A stretch of DNA of 64,000 bases from an uncultured Prevotella sp. (GCA_938028745.1 CALIZL010000019.1:47193-111192); one strand, 5' to 3'; counted from the stretch's first letter, positions 9,482 through 19,631 are shown. The notes: generated by a model not told the origin, from the letters alone. Numbers and translations: made by a program.

Positions 9482-10618
9482 CTATTTCTTCACGCGAATT
9501 TTAAGTGTGGTAAGGTTTCCCTTATGATCTGTGGGCCACGTTCCTGTTGGCTCGATAAAGATATCTTTCGAATCGTTGGCTCCACGCTTGCCAAAATAGA
9601 TGGAACCAGACGGTCCGACGAGTTCGGCTTTCAGCAATTCAACAGGTTGCGACTTGTTGTAATACACAAAATCGATACGGTCGCGCTCGTCGTATTCGGG
9701 GCAGAAAGACAGCTGGCCAATGTTGGCATCCTTGTTATCGGCAGGGAATGTGAAACCCGGATGTGTAACGGGGTTGGGGAATTTCTCGCGATAAGTGTCT
9801 ACGAAACCAGCCTTTCTCAACATTACAGAGCAATCCCAGTTGGCCACTACACCGTTATGACTGTACAAATCTTTGGTGTTGGCCTGCCAATCAAGGTCAG
9901 ACGGTTCGTTAAAGTCGCCACCTAAGACAACGATACGCCCCTTATTCATCTCGCCTTGGGCATCGTCAAGAAACATTTCCATCGCCTCGTCGCGCGTACT
10001 CAGTCGGTTGTCTTTCATTATCCGTTCGCTATCGGTAATGGGATTGGGCAGTTTCGACCAATCAGGACCACTGTTATAGCCTCTCGGCAGATAGCAGGCA
10101 TAGTGCTTATAGTCGAGGTGTGCAGAATAGAAGGTCATCTCTTGACCACGAACTTCCACCGTTACCTTTATCATATAGTTGTCGGTGGGCGTGGGAAGAA
10201 CCTTGAAACTCTTTATTTCGTATTTCGACAGCACGCCAACAAACGTGCCATGATTCTTACCATAGTAGTCTTTTTGGTGCTTTGTCTTTAACGATTGGCA
10301 CAGACGATGTGTGTACTCGCCGTCGCCATCGGGGATTTTCTTCAACAAGAGGTCGTTACGCAACTCGCACAACAGCACTACATCGGGGTCCACTTGGTTA
10401 ATAACGTCTACTAATCCATTATAGGCGTTGTTCACTTGCGTTGCTCCAAACCATGTGTTTAGTTGGAAAACTTTCAGGTCTTGATACACTTCCACGGGCT
10501 TTGGAGGCTCAGGAGTGGGATTGTTGTCCTCTTTGCTGCACGCTATGGAGCAACAGCCAAACAGCATCATCAATGCTGCATTCAGACAACTGCGTTTAAA
10601 AAGATGTTCTCTTTTCAT
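9482..10618 (-). CDS. Endonuclease/exonuclease/phosphatase (EEP) family lipoprotein
   Basis: It has a lipoprotein signal (MMLFGCCSIACSKED) and EEP-type motifs (VFQLNTW, VVLLCEL, GGDFNEP). Confidence 0.75.
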   Translation of the reverse strand: MKREHLFKRSCLNAALMMLFGCCSIACSKEDNNPTPEPPKPVEVYQDLKVFQLNTWFGATQVNNAYNGLVDVINQVDPDVVLLCELRNDLLLKKIPDGDGEYTHRLCQSLKTKHQKDYYGKNHGTFVGVLSKYEIKSFKVLPTPTDNYMIKVTVEVRGQEMTFYSAHLDYKHYACYLPRGYNSGPDWSKLPNPITDSERIMKDNRLSTRDEAMEMFLDDAQGEMNKGRIVVLGGDFNEPSDLDWQANTKDLYSHNGVVANWDCSVMLRKAGFVDTYREKFPNPVTHPGFTFPADNKDANIGQLSFCPEYDERDRIDFVYYNKSQPVELLKAELVGPSGSIYFGKRGANDSKDIFIEPTGTWPTDHKGNLTTLKIRVKK

Positions 10619-10757
10619 TGTTCTTGGTTTTAATAAATACTATTCTAGGTTTCTAGTTACTCTTAGTCCACACCTTAATATGATGTTTGGGGTGTGGCAT
10701 TAGGTTGGTTCTGCTGCACGTCTGACGTAAGACGTGTGCCTCAATACAGAGACATTT

Positions 10758-12044
10758 CTACTGAACCTTTACGATTTTCTGATTAACACTGCCGCTATTT
10801 CCCCACACCTTTACCACATATATGCCCACGGGCACATCGTTCAGCCACAAGTCTTGTGCGTTTATGGCTCTGCCTGCTTTTACCTTTTCGCCGCTTATGG
10901 CGTAGAGTTCCCAAGTGAAGGCAGAGTTATCGGGGCTTGAAATCTGATAATAATTGTCGCCGCCGCGGGCAATGGTGTAGGTATCTTGCGTGGCATCCAC
11001 ATCAGCAATGCCGCTAAGTTCGCCATCTTTAAAGAAGGGAACCGCCCCTCCTTTCGACGGATGCTTGCCCGCTATATAGGGCCAACCATCAGCATCCCAT
11101 AACACCTTGTCCACGAAAAGTTTCCTACCAGCATCTATATCTGTCTTATCAAACCCGTGATAAAGCATCCAATAATCGCCGTTATCGTCGATAATCAGTT
11201 GCGAGCAATGGCCAGGACCAGCCACAAATTCGTTACCCGACAGTACACTTTCATACGAACCGCCCACATCCATTATCTTCTTACCGCGCTTATTGACGTA
11301 TGGGCCACGCAAGTCTTTACTTCGCGACACCACAACTCGGTAGGTGCTGTTGGCTCCTTCGCAACAATTGCCCAGCGAACCCAGGAAGTAATAATAGCCT
11401 TTGCGTTTAACAATCATCGTGGCCTCTGTGCCATGATGCATCCAATTGTGGTTCGGACCAATCTGAAACTTCTCTGCCCCAGGCTTTAAAGCCAGTCCAT
11501 CGGCAGACAGTTCTATGCCCCAGACACCGCGAAAGCTACCCCAGAAGAGGTATTTCTTGCCGTCGCCGTCTTGAAAGAAACAAGGGTCGATGCTGTTTTG
11601 CACGCCTATTTCGGTGCTGGTAAAGAGTTTTCCCTTGTCTACAAATCCTCCGCGAGGCGAAGAAGACGTGGCTACACCGATTCCGCAGTTCCATTCTTTC
11701 CCCCATTCGGCCATCGAATAGTAAAGAACGAATTGCCCATTGATGTAATTAATGTCGGGCGCCCAAATGTTTCCACCTTTTATAAAGGTGGGACGAGTTG
11801 AGCTATTGAAAGCCGAACCCGCAAATCGCCATCGCGTGGCGAGGTCGCGCGACTTATAAATAGGTACACACAGCCCACCTCCCTCTGTGGCATAAACATA
11901 GAATTGGCCATCGGGTGCGCGTACAACGCTTGGGTCGGGCATGTCTTTGTTTAAGACGGGGTTGGCGTATTGCCCACGCACAACTGTGCCCAACATCAGC
12001 AGATTGGCTACAAGGGCTATTCTTTTTATCGCGTCTATTTTCAT
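10758..12044 (-). CDS. GH43 glycoside hydrolase (arabinanase/xylosidase-type) with a T9SS C-terminal sorting domain
   Basis: It has a signal peptide and GH43 motifs (NPVLNKDMPDPSVVRAPDGQFYVYATEG; GGNIWAPDINYINGQFVLYYS). The C-terminal ~80 aa (GIYVVKVWGNSGSVNQKIVKVQ) resemble a Por/T9SS CTD. Confidence 0.85.
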   Translation of the reverse strand: MKIDAIKRIALVANLLMLGTVVRGQYANPVLNKDMPDPSVVRAPDGQFYVYATEGGGLCVPIYKSRDLATRWRFAGSAFNSSTRPTFIKGGNIWAPDINYINGQFVLYYSMAEWGKEWNCGIGVATSSSPRGGFVDKGKLFTSTEIGVQNSIDPCFFQDGDGKKYLFWGSFRGVWGIELSADGLALKPGAEKFQIGPNHNWMHHGTEATMIVKRKGYYYFLGSLGNCCEGANSTYRVVVSRSKDLRGPYVNKRGKKIMDVGGSYESVLSGNEFVAGPGHCSQLIIDDNGDYWMLYHGFDKTDIDAGRKLFVDKVLWDADGWPYIAGKHPSKGGAVPFFKDGELSGIADVDATQDTYTIARGGDNYYQISSPDNSAFTWELYAISGEKVKAGRAINAQDLWLNDVPVGIYVVKVWGNSGSVNQKIVKVQ

Positions 12045-12129
12045 AAATAGGGGTTATCAACTTTTAGTTACATTGAAATCTTCGTGAGTTGGAGGGTTGG
12101 TGAGTTGGTGAACTCAAAACCTCATACAC

Positions 12130-14850
12130 TCACCTCACCACCACCTTCTTCACCGTCTTGTCCTTGTACCGAACAACGTTTATTCCACGTTTCGGAGTAG
12201 ATAGTCGCCGTCCGTCTACATCGTATCGTCCCACTTCTTTCTTCGAGGCATCGGGTGTTTGAGGTTCATTCTCAATGTCTGTCGAAAACTTCTTATTCTT
12301 CAAGAAGTTGTCCATCAGCACCTTCATCCAATGTCCGCCAAGTACAGAGCGACCTTTGAATATCTGATAGTCGCCACTGTTCACCCAATACCAGTCGCTA
12401 AACGGCACTCGGTTCTTTGTTTTGTTGGCAAACTCCCACACTAGGTCGGCAATGCGTGCAAAGCCCTCTTGGTTCTCAGCCAAACATGCAGTCCACATCT
12501 CCCAGTCTGATTTCGTATATCTTTCGCGATTATCCAAAGGTATGCCGTATGGTTCTGCCTTTGTAAGATAATAGCTATACTCCTTCTGTTTCATTTGTTT
12601 GGAAAAGAGGTTAAGCCCCCACATCTTATCCCACACCATATTATACTTCATGCTCCACGTGCCACTGCGGTCGTAAGCCAATCGGTAATGGTCGCCATCG
12701 TTAGCCGTTCGTTCCAACGTCGCAGCCATTTGGCGCGCCTTGTCCATATAAGTGCGGTATGTGGCGTTCTCTCCTTGCATCTGTGCCATCAGTGCATAGC
12801 CGGCAATTCCCATAATGGCCTTTACCGAAAGGTTTACGTTGTGGGCCAAATGTCCGGCAAAGTCGTCGGTGCAAAGTTGGTTGGCTGGGTCTTGTCCATT
12901 AGCCACCAAATAGTTTGTCCACATCGTCAGCAAGTCCCAATACTTCTTGGCAAAGTCGGCTTTTCCTTCTCTCAAACAGGCCATTGCCGTGAGTATAACC
13001 ATGTTTCCTGCCTCTTCCACAGGCATGTTCTTGCCAAAATCGCCCTTGGCACCTGGAAAACAAGAGGCATACGTCTGCTTGTCGGCTATGGGATAGAAAC
13101 CCAAATCGTGTGCAGGGAAATGAAATCCCCAGCGCGAGCTGTCGGCGCAATACTTGAATACGCCCTCTAATGCACCTTTCTCCAACTGCGTGTTATAGGT
13201 AAAAAGCAGTGGTGCGGCAGGGTAAGTAACGTCTACCGTGTTGATAAATCCGCCCGAACTGTTCTCTTTCGAGAAGTACATCAGGTCGCCATCCTTATCC
13301 ATAAACAGCTTATGGGCGGCCAACGTTTGCCGATAAGAGGCTGCCAAGGTCTCGGCATACTTCTTGTTTCCTGCTGCTAAGGCATCGTCGTAGATCATCT
13401 TGTCCCATCGGCGCGCACGTTGCATGTACGACTTATAATTATCGCGGAAGTTTTCGAAGGCATCAGTGAGCTGCTGCCCATCTTTCGCCCAATAGGCTTT
13501 GTAGCGCGTTCCAAGGAATTGCACGTCTTGAACTTCGTCGTAACCTATCATCATATAACTAGAATCGCGCTCCGTCAACCCGAAATTGTGCAAGTAAGCC
13601 AACATGGGCATCTCGCTTTCGTTATTGCTCTTGATACGCAGTGCATCACGTTGGGCCAGCGTCCCCTTACTAATGAATTGGCTTTCCACAACATTTTGGT
13701 CGGCCATCGTAACGTTTCCGTTCACGTTGGGCATCATCAGATAACCCCAATCAATACAAATGATGTCGCCCGTTTTCCCCAACACGTTCTGTTCTACACT
13801 TCCCGTTCGCACATAGTCAATGTTGTTCACGTTTTGTATGCGCGAAATGGTGGGTTGAGTGTTCTTCATCACCGCTAGTTCGGGTGTCGTTCCGAAGAAT
13901 ATCTGCACATCATGCTTTCGCTTATCGTTGGAGCAAACCTGATAAGATATGTAGTTAATGGGTGTAGAAAGCAAGTTCAGGTCGTCGAGAAACATCGGTG
14001 CGGTGAAAACCAAACATAGGTCTACGCCTCCGCAACGAAATGTATAGTAAGTGTTGGTGGCCATAACGTCGCAGCCCGTTTGTACGGCATTACGCATGTT
14101 GTTGTGTTTCTCTTTCACGTTGGCAAATAGTCCGATGTCGGCATTGGCCCCACCTGTGGTGTTATGCACATGGTACGCGATAACATTGTCGCCAACACGC
14201 AAACTTTGTTTTACATTAGCAGGCAACATCAACTCCTCGTTCTGCACCCACGTTTCGCCCGTTTCGGTTGCCAAAACACCATTTACGTACACCTCACACT
14301 TATCGTCGTGCGAGTAAATCAGCCACAAGTCGCGCGCCAAGTCTTCTTTGGTCAGCGTCACATGCCTACGTATATAGATGTCCGAATTGGTGTCCGTCCA
14401 AGCCGTACGTATGTTAGGATATTCTTTGGGAGTGCCAAACGCCGCCTGTTGTGTTTGCCATTTGCTGTCGTTAAAATCGCGTTGCATCCAGTTCGCAGCT
14501 GGTTTTGCATAGCTAACCTTTGCCTTCCACGCGCCCATGTCGGCCATTGGTGCCACGGGTTTCAGTAGTCGGCCTTTCTCCTTTCCCATAAATCGGTAGG
14601 TCGTTCCGTCAACGCGCAACAGGCCGTCAATGGCTTTCTGCTGTCCCGTCCAATGGCGCGTGGTGCCGTCGTATAGGTTATCGTAAGGCGACCAAATGGA
14701 GAAATAGGGGTCGTTCACTATCAGTGGGACAGACGGCAAGCGAAGGCTAGTGCGCCGATAAGGTTCGAAAAACGAACCGCCCTGCGCCTCTGCCGCCAGC
14801 ATATTTGCCACACCAACCAAACAAAGTAATAGCTTTTTCATATTGAACAA
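12130..14850 (-). CDS. Glutaminase-A-like (DUF4964/DUF5127/DUF4965/DUF1793-type) putative glycoside hydrolase with a T9SS-like C-terminal domain
   Basis: The 906-aa ORF has a signal peptide. Its N-terminal region (SVPLIVNDPYFSIWSPYDNLYDG) is characteristic of the bacterial glutaminase-A-like family. The C-terminus (GRYDVDGRRLSTPKRGINVVRYKDKTVKKVVVR) is CTD-like. The family call is from memory and not verified. Confidence 0.65.
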   Translation of the reverse strand: MFNMKKLLLCLVGVANMLAAEAQGGSFFEPYRRTSLRLPSVPLIVNDPYFSIWSPYDNLYDGTTRHWTGQQKAIDGLLRVDGTTYRFMGKEKGRLLKPVAPMADMGAWKAKVSYAKPAANWMQRDFNDSKWQTQQAAFGTPKEYPNIRTAWTDTNSDIYIRRHVTLTKEDLARDLWLIYSHDDKCEVYVNGVLATETGETWVQNEELMLPANVKQSLRVGDNVIAYHVHNTTGGANADIGLFANVKEKHNNMRNAVQTGCDVMATNTYYTFRCGGVDLCLVFTAPMFLDDLNLLSTPINYISYQVCSNDKRKHDVQIFFGTTPELAVMKNTQPTISRIQNVNNIDYVRTGSVEQNVLGKTGDIICIDWGYLMMPNVNGNVTMADQNVVESQFISKGTLAQRDALRIKSNNESEMPMLAYLHNFGLTERDSSYMMIGYDEVQDVQFLGTRYKAYWAKDGQQLTDAFENFRDNYKSYMQRARRWDKMIYDDALAAGNKKYAETLAASYRQTLAAHKLFMDKDGDLMYFSKENSSGGFINTVDVTYPAAPLLFTYNTQLEKGALEGVFKYCADSSRWGFHFPAHDLGFYPIADKQTYASCFPGAKGDFGKNMPVEEAGNMVILTAMACLREGKADFAKKYWDLLTMWTNYLVANGQDPANQLCTDDFAGHLAHNVNLSVKAIMGIAGYALMAQMQGENATYRTYMDKARQMAATLERTANDGDHYRLAYDRSGTWSMKYNMVWDKMWGLNLFSKQMKQKEYSYYLTKAEPYGIPLDNRERYTKSDWEMWTACLAENQEGFARIADLVWEFANKTKNRVPFSDWYWVNSGDYQIFKGRSVLGGHWMKVLMDNFLKNKKFSTDIENEPQTPDASKKEVGRYDVDGRRLSTPKRGINVVRYKDKTVKKVVVR

Positions 14851-15180
14851 AATACTATGGTATTGTTTTAAACATTATTTCTGATTGCATTGCAAAATTA
14901 CTCGTCCCTTTTAGATAAGGGTACGACAATCACCCCAAATAATAACAAAATCGGACCAACAAGCCCCATTGGTTCTTTTTTGCTATACTCTGAACGGATT
15001 TTACGCATCAGTACTTAAAATAAAGTCTATCTTTGCAGCGTAAACAATCGGCAACAAATAGTTCAAGTTTCTATATATAATATGGTGTAAGCACCCAACC
15101 CCATGCAGGGTTGTATCTATATTTGATATATGCCGAAACCTTAACGAACATAGAGTAATTATTTTAACTAAAAACAACTT

Positions 15181-17940
15181 ATGAAAAAGCAAGTACTATC
15201 ATTAGGTCTAGGATTGTTGAGCGCAACCCTGCTCAACGCCCAAACCACGCCTTGGCCAGGACATGCTATCGGCAATGGAGGGGAATATTATCTCTATAAT
15301 GTCGCCACGGGCTTGTGGCTTCAAAACAACAACACCGTGAAAGACGGATGGGCAACGGCCGTTAACGTGGGTACGCGCGGCCTACCCATCACCTTTGAAA
15401 AAGCAGGAGCAAAGACGTTTAGGTTGAGTTCCATCTTTTACAAAGGCAACTGCGTATCGAAAAAAATTGGAGATGCTGGCTTGCTTTATTGGGACATGCC
15501 CGCCGATAACGTTGGGGATTGGGAGCTATCGCCTGCCGACAACATGCAATCCATACACGGATACTGGCTAGAATGCGATGCCTTGGTGCTAGGGGCAGAC
15601 AATAACCTGCTCACAGTAGATAAGGAGAAGAACAGCGTTTGGCAGCTTGTTACACGAGAAGAACGTATTGCCGATGCAAAGGCGAAGGCCTCTGCCGACC
15701 ATCCCGTGGACGTAACGTGGCTTATCGGCGCATCCGACCTCGTGACGAAGAACAACCTTTTCAAAATGGATTGTACGGCTGCACCTAACACCGAGCATTC
15801 TACTTATCGCGGCGGATGGGACATTGTGAGGGCAAACACCATCCAAGAGTTCTGGAACACGCAAACATTCGATTTCTATCAAACAATCAGCGGGTTGCCC
15901 AACGGCACCTATAAGTTCAGCGTACGCGGATATTATCGAGACGGTTCAAGCGAAACACGCGATTATACGATGTACGGATATGGTGCCGACAAGTTTATCA
16001 ATGGCACCGAACAACTTCGCGCCACCTATTATGCCAACGGCACTTCTGCCCCCATCATGTCTCTTTACGCAGGTGCGAAAAAAGCTCCCGAAGAGGGATT
16101 TAGTTTCCAAGCCGAACGCGAGAACAAGCAAAATAGCGGGTTATACGTGCCCAATACAACCCACGAGGCCAACTGCGCCTTATGGAAGGGTAATTACCAA
16201 AACCCCGAAATAACCATTACCGTTACAGATGGAACACTGAAATTGGGCGTTAAAAAGGAGGCTGGCGTTGTCGACGATTGGTGCGTAATCTCCAACTTCT
16301 CTTTAAAATACCTTGGTTCGAAAGTTCTTCAAACCGCCGAAGAGGCACTGAAAGGCCTTAAAGCGATACTTGCCACAACAAAAGCGTTTAAAGGTGCCGT
16401 CGCCCCTGCATTGAGCAAGCAATACACAGATGCCATTGCAGCAGCCAACAAAACCCTCACCTCTACCGACCCTGTGGCCATTATCGCCGCAACCTCTAAC
16501 TTACAAAAGGCTTACGATGCCGTTGCTGCCTGCTCAGAGAACTATTCTGCTTTGGTAAAAACGACTGAAATTTGCAAGAACATCAATAAGAACAACGATG
16601 CACAGCTTAATGCCGCCACGGTAAAGGCCGAGAAGGTGGCCAAAACCGCCACGACCAATGCCGACATGAAGGCGGCTCTTGTAGACCTGCGCGTGGCTCG
16701 TAAGATTGTTGCTGCCGACAAGATGCCCGACATTTACAAGGGAGCCAAAGCCGGTGCAGGCGAATTCTATTTCTACAACGTGGCCTCTCAGAAGTTCCTT
16801 ATGGGCGGTTCCGATTGGAATACGCATGCTGCCGTAGACGTTCCCGGTTTGCTCTTTACCGTTGCAGCCGAAGGAAATGGTTTCACCATCAATCGCTTTG
16901 GTGGTAAAGCAGGCAATTACCTGGGTTATAATGGCTATACCGACATTCCAGACAAAGCTGTTTGGGCGTTCGTTCCCGTCGCAGGCAAGGCCAACGTCTA
17001 CAACATCGTGAAGGGCGACAACCATGCCCAAGGATTGGCTTTTGCGCCACAATCCAACACCGATGCCGACGAGGCTATGGATAAGGAGTTTTGGAATACC
17101 GTTTCTGTTGAGGCTGCCGTGGCCAAGAATGCCAACGCCGAATGGAAACTCGTTACCAAGGCCGAACGTGATGCGCTGCTCGCAACGGCTACCGAGAAAC
17201 GTCCTGTCGATGCAACATACCTGCTTGCCAACCCTGGTTTTAACCGCCCCGACCTCTTTGAAAAATGGAATAGCGACAAAAAAGGCGACTTTAAGGATGC
17301 CAACCTTGGCGTTATCGACCGCGGCAGACGCACCAACCCCGTGTGCGAAGCATACTATCTAAACTCATTCGAGGTAAACCAAACTGTAAGCAACTTGCCC
17401 GAAGGTTATTATCAGGTAAACATGACGGGCTATTATCGCGATGGCAGCCGAGAGAACTTGCAACAAAAGGTTGCCAAAGGAACGGCTCCTGCACGTCATG
17501 CCACGTTCTATATCGAATACAAAGGCAAGGGCGACGAGGTCGCACTGCCCTCTATCGCAGCAGGAATGAACCAATGCCCAGGTATCGGATGGACTGGTAC
17601 TGCTGGCGAACAACCCGACAACGTGATGGATGCAGCCGAATATTTCGAATGCGGACTATATAAGGTGTACACCCACATCATTAAGGTTGGTCCAGAAGGC
17701 GAACTTACCATCGGCGTAACCAAAGACAAACAAGTGGATGGCGATTGGGCCGTGTTCGACAACTTCCGCCTTACCTATTTCGGTAAGAAGGTTTCTCAAG
17801 ACATTATCAACGGCATCGAGAACGTTAAAAACAATGTCGTTGAAGATGGAAAGATTTACAACCTGCAAGGTATGGAAGTGAAACGCCCACTTAAAAGAGG
17901 CATTTACATCAGTAATGGAAAGAAATTCATCGTTAAGTAA
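15181..17940 (+). CDS. Secreted 919-aa protein of unknown function with two internal ~390-aa repeats and a T9SS C-terminal sorting domain
   Basis: It has a signal peptide (MKKQVLSLGLGLLSATLLNAQ). The two halves share YYRDGS, W.LVT.EER/AER, PVD.T.L and NLP.G.Y motifs. The C-terminus (KIYNLQGMEVKRPLKRGIYISNGKKFIVK) is a typical T9SS CTD. Confidence 0.7.
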   Translation: MKKQVLSLGLGLLSATLLNAQTTPWPGHAIGNGGEYYLYNVATGLWLQNNNTVKDGWATAVNVGTRGLPITFEKAGAKTFRLSSIFYKGNCVSKKIGDAGLLYWDMPADNVGDWELSPADNMQSIHGYWLECDALVLGADNNLLTVDKEKNSVWQLVTREERIADAKAKASADHPVDVTWLIGASDLVTKNNLFKMDCTAAPNTEHSTYRGGWDIVRANTIQEFWNTQTFDFYQTISGLPNGTYKFSVRGYYRDGSSETRDYTMYGYGADKFINGTEQLRATYYANGTSAPIMSLYAGAKKAPEEGFSFQAERENKQNSGLYVPNTTHEANCALWKGNYQNPEITITVTDGTLKLGVKKEAGVVDDWCVISNFSLKYLGSKVLQTAEEALKGLKAILATTKAFKGAVAPALSKQYTDAIAAANKTLTSTDPVAIIAATSNLQKAYDAVAACSENYSALVKTTEICKNINKNNDAQLNAATVKAEKVAKTATTNADMKAALVDLRVARKIVAADKMPDIYKGAKAGAGEFYFYNVASQKFLMGGSDWNTHAAVDVPGLLFTVAAEGNGFTINRFGGKAGNYLGYNGYTDIPDKAVWAFVPVAGKANVYNIVKGDNHAQGLAFAPQSNTDADEAMDKEFWNTVSVEAAVAKNANAEWKLVTKAERDALLATATEKRPVDATYLLANPGFNRPDLFEKWNSDKKGDFKDANLGVIDRGRRTNPVCEAYYLNSFEVNQTVSNLPEGYYQVNMTGYYRDGSRENLQQKVAKGTAPARHATFYIEYKGKGDEVALPSIAAGMNQCPGIGWTGTAGEQPDNVMDAAEYFECGLYKVYTHIIKVGPEGELTIGVTKDKQVDGDWAVFDNFRLTYFGKKVSQDIINGIENVKNNVVEDGKIYNLQGMEVKRPLKRGIYISNGKKFIVK

Positions 17941-17999
17941 GATTTAGGTTTAATTTTTTTTAGCGGCCAAGGTTCAAACATATTTGTGTTTAACCTTGG

Positions 18000-19190
18000 C
18001 CATTTTTATAACAGAGAAAGAGGGAAAGGTGAAAAGGTGAAAGGGTGAAAAGGTGAAAAGGTGAAAAGGTGAAAAAATGGCTGCGCCCGCTGATGAACGA
18101 GTAGGGCTAGTATAATCAGGAAACCTAGTGATTCTAGGAGAACTAGAATAACTAGGAGAACTAGAATAACTAGAAAAACTAGAAAAACTAGAATAACTAG
18201 AAACCCCAAAGAACTAGCCCAAAAACTAGAAGATCTAAAAGAACTAGTACATCTAAACTGGCTAGCCACCTTCAGCTTACTAAGCCAAATGCTTATTAAC
18301 TAATTAACTGGCAAACCCGTAAAGTTCTCGCCCCACACCTCATCTTTTGTAATATTTTAAGCATAAATTTTAACATTATGAGTGCCCTTGCAATCCACCA
18401 ATCGCCCGCTCGACCGCAAAAAAACGATTCTCGCGAAGGTTTGTTATGATGCAAAAAGGGCTAGTATGTAAATGCAAGCAAAATGAATACGCATTGCATA
18501 AAACCGCAATCGGTACCAGATTTAGGCCTGTTTGCAGCTAGATGGAGTGCATTTTGGTGCTAAACGCATTGCATTTTGGTGCTAATCGCACTGCATTTTG
18601 GTGCTAAACGCACTGCATTTTGGTGCTAAACGCACTGCATTTTGGTGCTAAATGCAAGGCGTTTTGGTGCTAAACGCAAGGCAAAATGCTGCTAAACGCG
18701 AGATGAAAAGCATAAAAATGCACATCTAAGAGGTGGACAAAACCCTTCCGAACCATTAAAAACATGGTTCAAAAGGGGCAAAACATATATCAAAAAGTGG
18801 GGTTTTAGCGGCTAAAAGCAGAGAATGGAGCACAAAAAAACTACGAGCCGGTAACCAACTAGAAAGGCAAAATGATACTAAATGCAGATGATTTTCTTAA
18901 AAGAGGACAAGAAGAAGAGTGGGTAAGGCTGCAATTTCTTGCTAAAAGCATGTGTTTTGGCCATTATTTTTGCTAGAATGGATTGGCCTGCAGTGTGTGT
19001 TTTGTAAATTTTTTAGTAGAATTGTGAGTTGATAAGTTTATGAGTTGATAAGTTTATGAGTTGATAAGTTTATGAGTTGATAAGTTTGTGAGTTTATGAG
19101 TTTGTGAGTTTGTAAGTTGATAAGTTTGTGAGTTGATAAGTTTGTGAGTTGATAAGTTTGTGAGTTCATCAGCCGATGGATTATACTGAT
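18000..19190. repeat. Composite intergenic repeat element, copy 1. Order: (GGTGAAAAG)n 18021-18076; (AACTAGAA-like 8-mer)n 18121-18270; conserved core A; (GCATTTTGGTGCTAAACGCACT 22-mer)n about 18548-18700; conserved core B; (GAGTTGATAAGTTTGT 16-mer / GAGTTTGT 8-mer)n 19015-19185.
   Basis: Tandem periodicity is read directly from the sequence. Cores A and B recur at 34590-35375 and, inverted, at 50566-51230. Confidence 0.85.
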
Positions 19191-19631
19191 ATGAGCAGGG
19201 AAAGATAACATTCTTCTTGAACGACACAAAAAGGGAATCAACAGATTTTATGCCAACCACCGCGTTATGTTTGTTACCTCACAAACTAACAATCGCTTTG
19301 TTGTAAGTAGCTCAATTTACAAAGCAACCTTGCAAAAGTATGCAACGAACCAACCTTCAACAACAAAATTTGCTCCCAATAAGTGCAGTGCCATATACTA
19401 ACCCTGTTTAGCAAGCACAGCAAGTTTTGTTCTCCATTTTTGCAATTATCGGTTAAAAAACAAGCAAATGCCCTGTTTTTTTTATCTTTTGAATGGTTTG
19501 TTTTATCCTCACATTACATTTCTCAGTAATTTTGCTGATGAGTTTAACACAATCTGCATCGGAAAGTAGCCTTTCGAAAGGCGTAATACCGTGGATAAGA
19601 AAGTAGGAATTAAAATACAACTATTATATTT

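Noticed and set aside
18006-18269. An 87-aa ORF (…LVFLVFLVILVLLVILVLL…), together with similar ORFs at 19038-19260, 34776-35082, 50776-51075 and 51224-51472
   Set aside because: These are translations of the 8-mer, 9-mer and 22-mer tandem arrays. Their periodicity is not a multiple of 3. Different copies of the element are not frame-conserved. Their low-complexity repetitive peptides mirror the DNA repeats.
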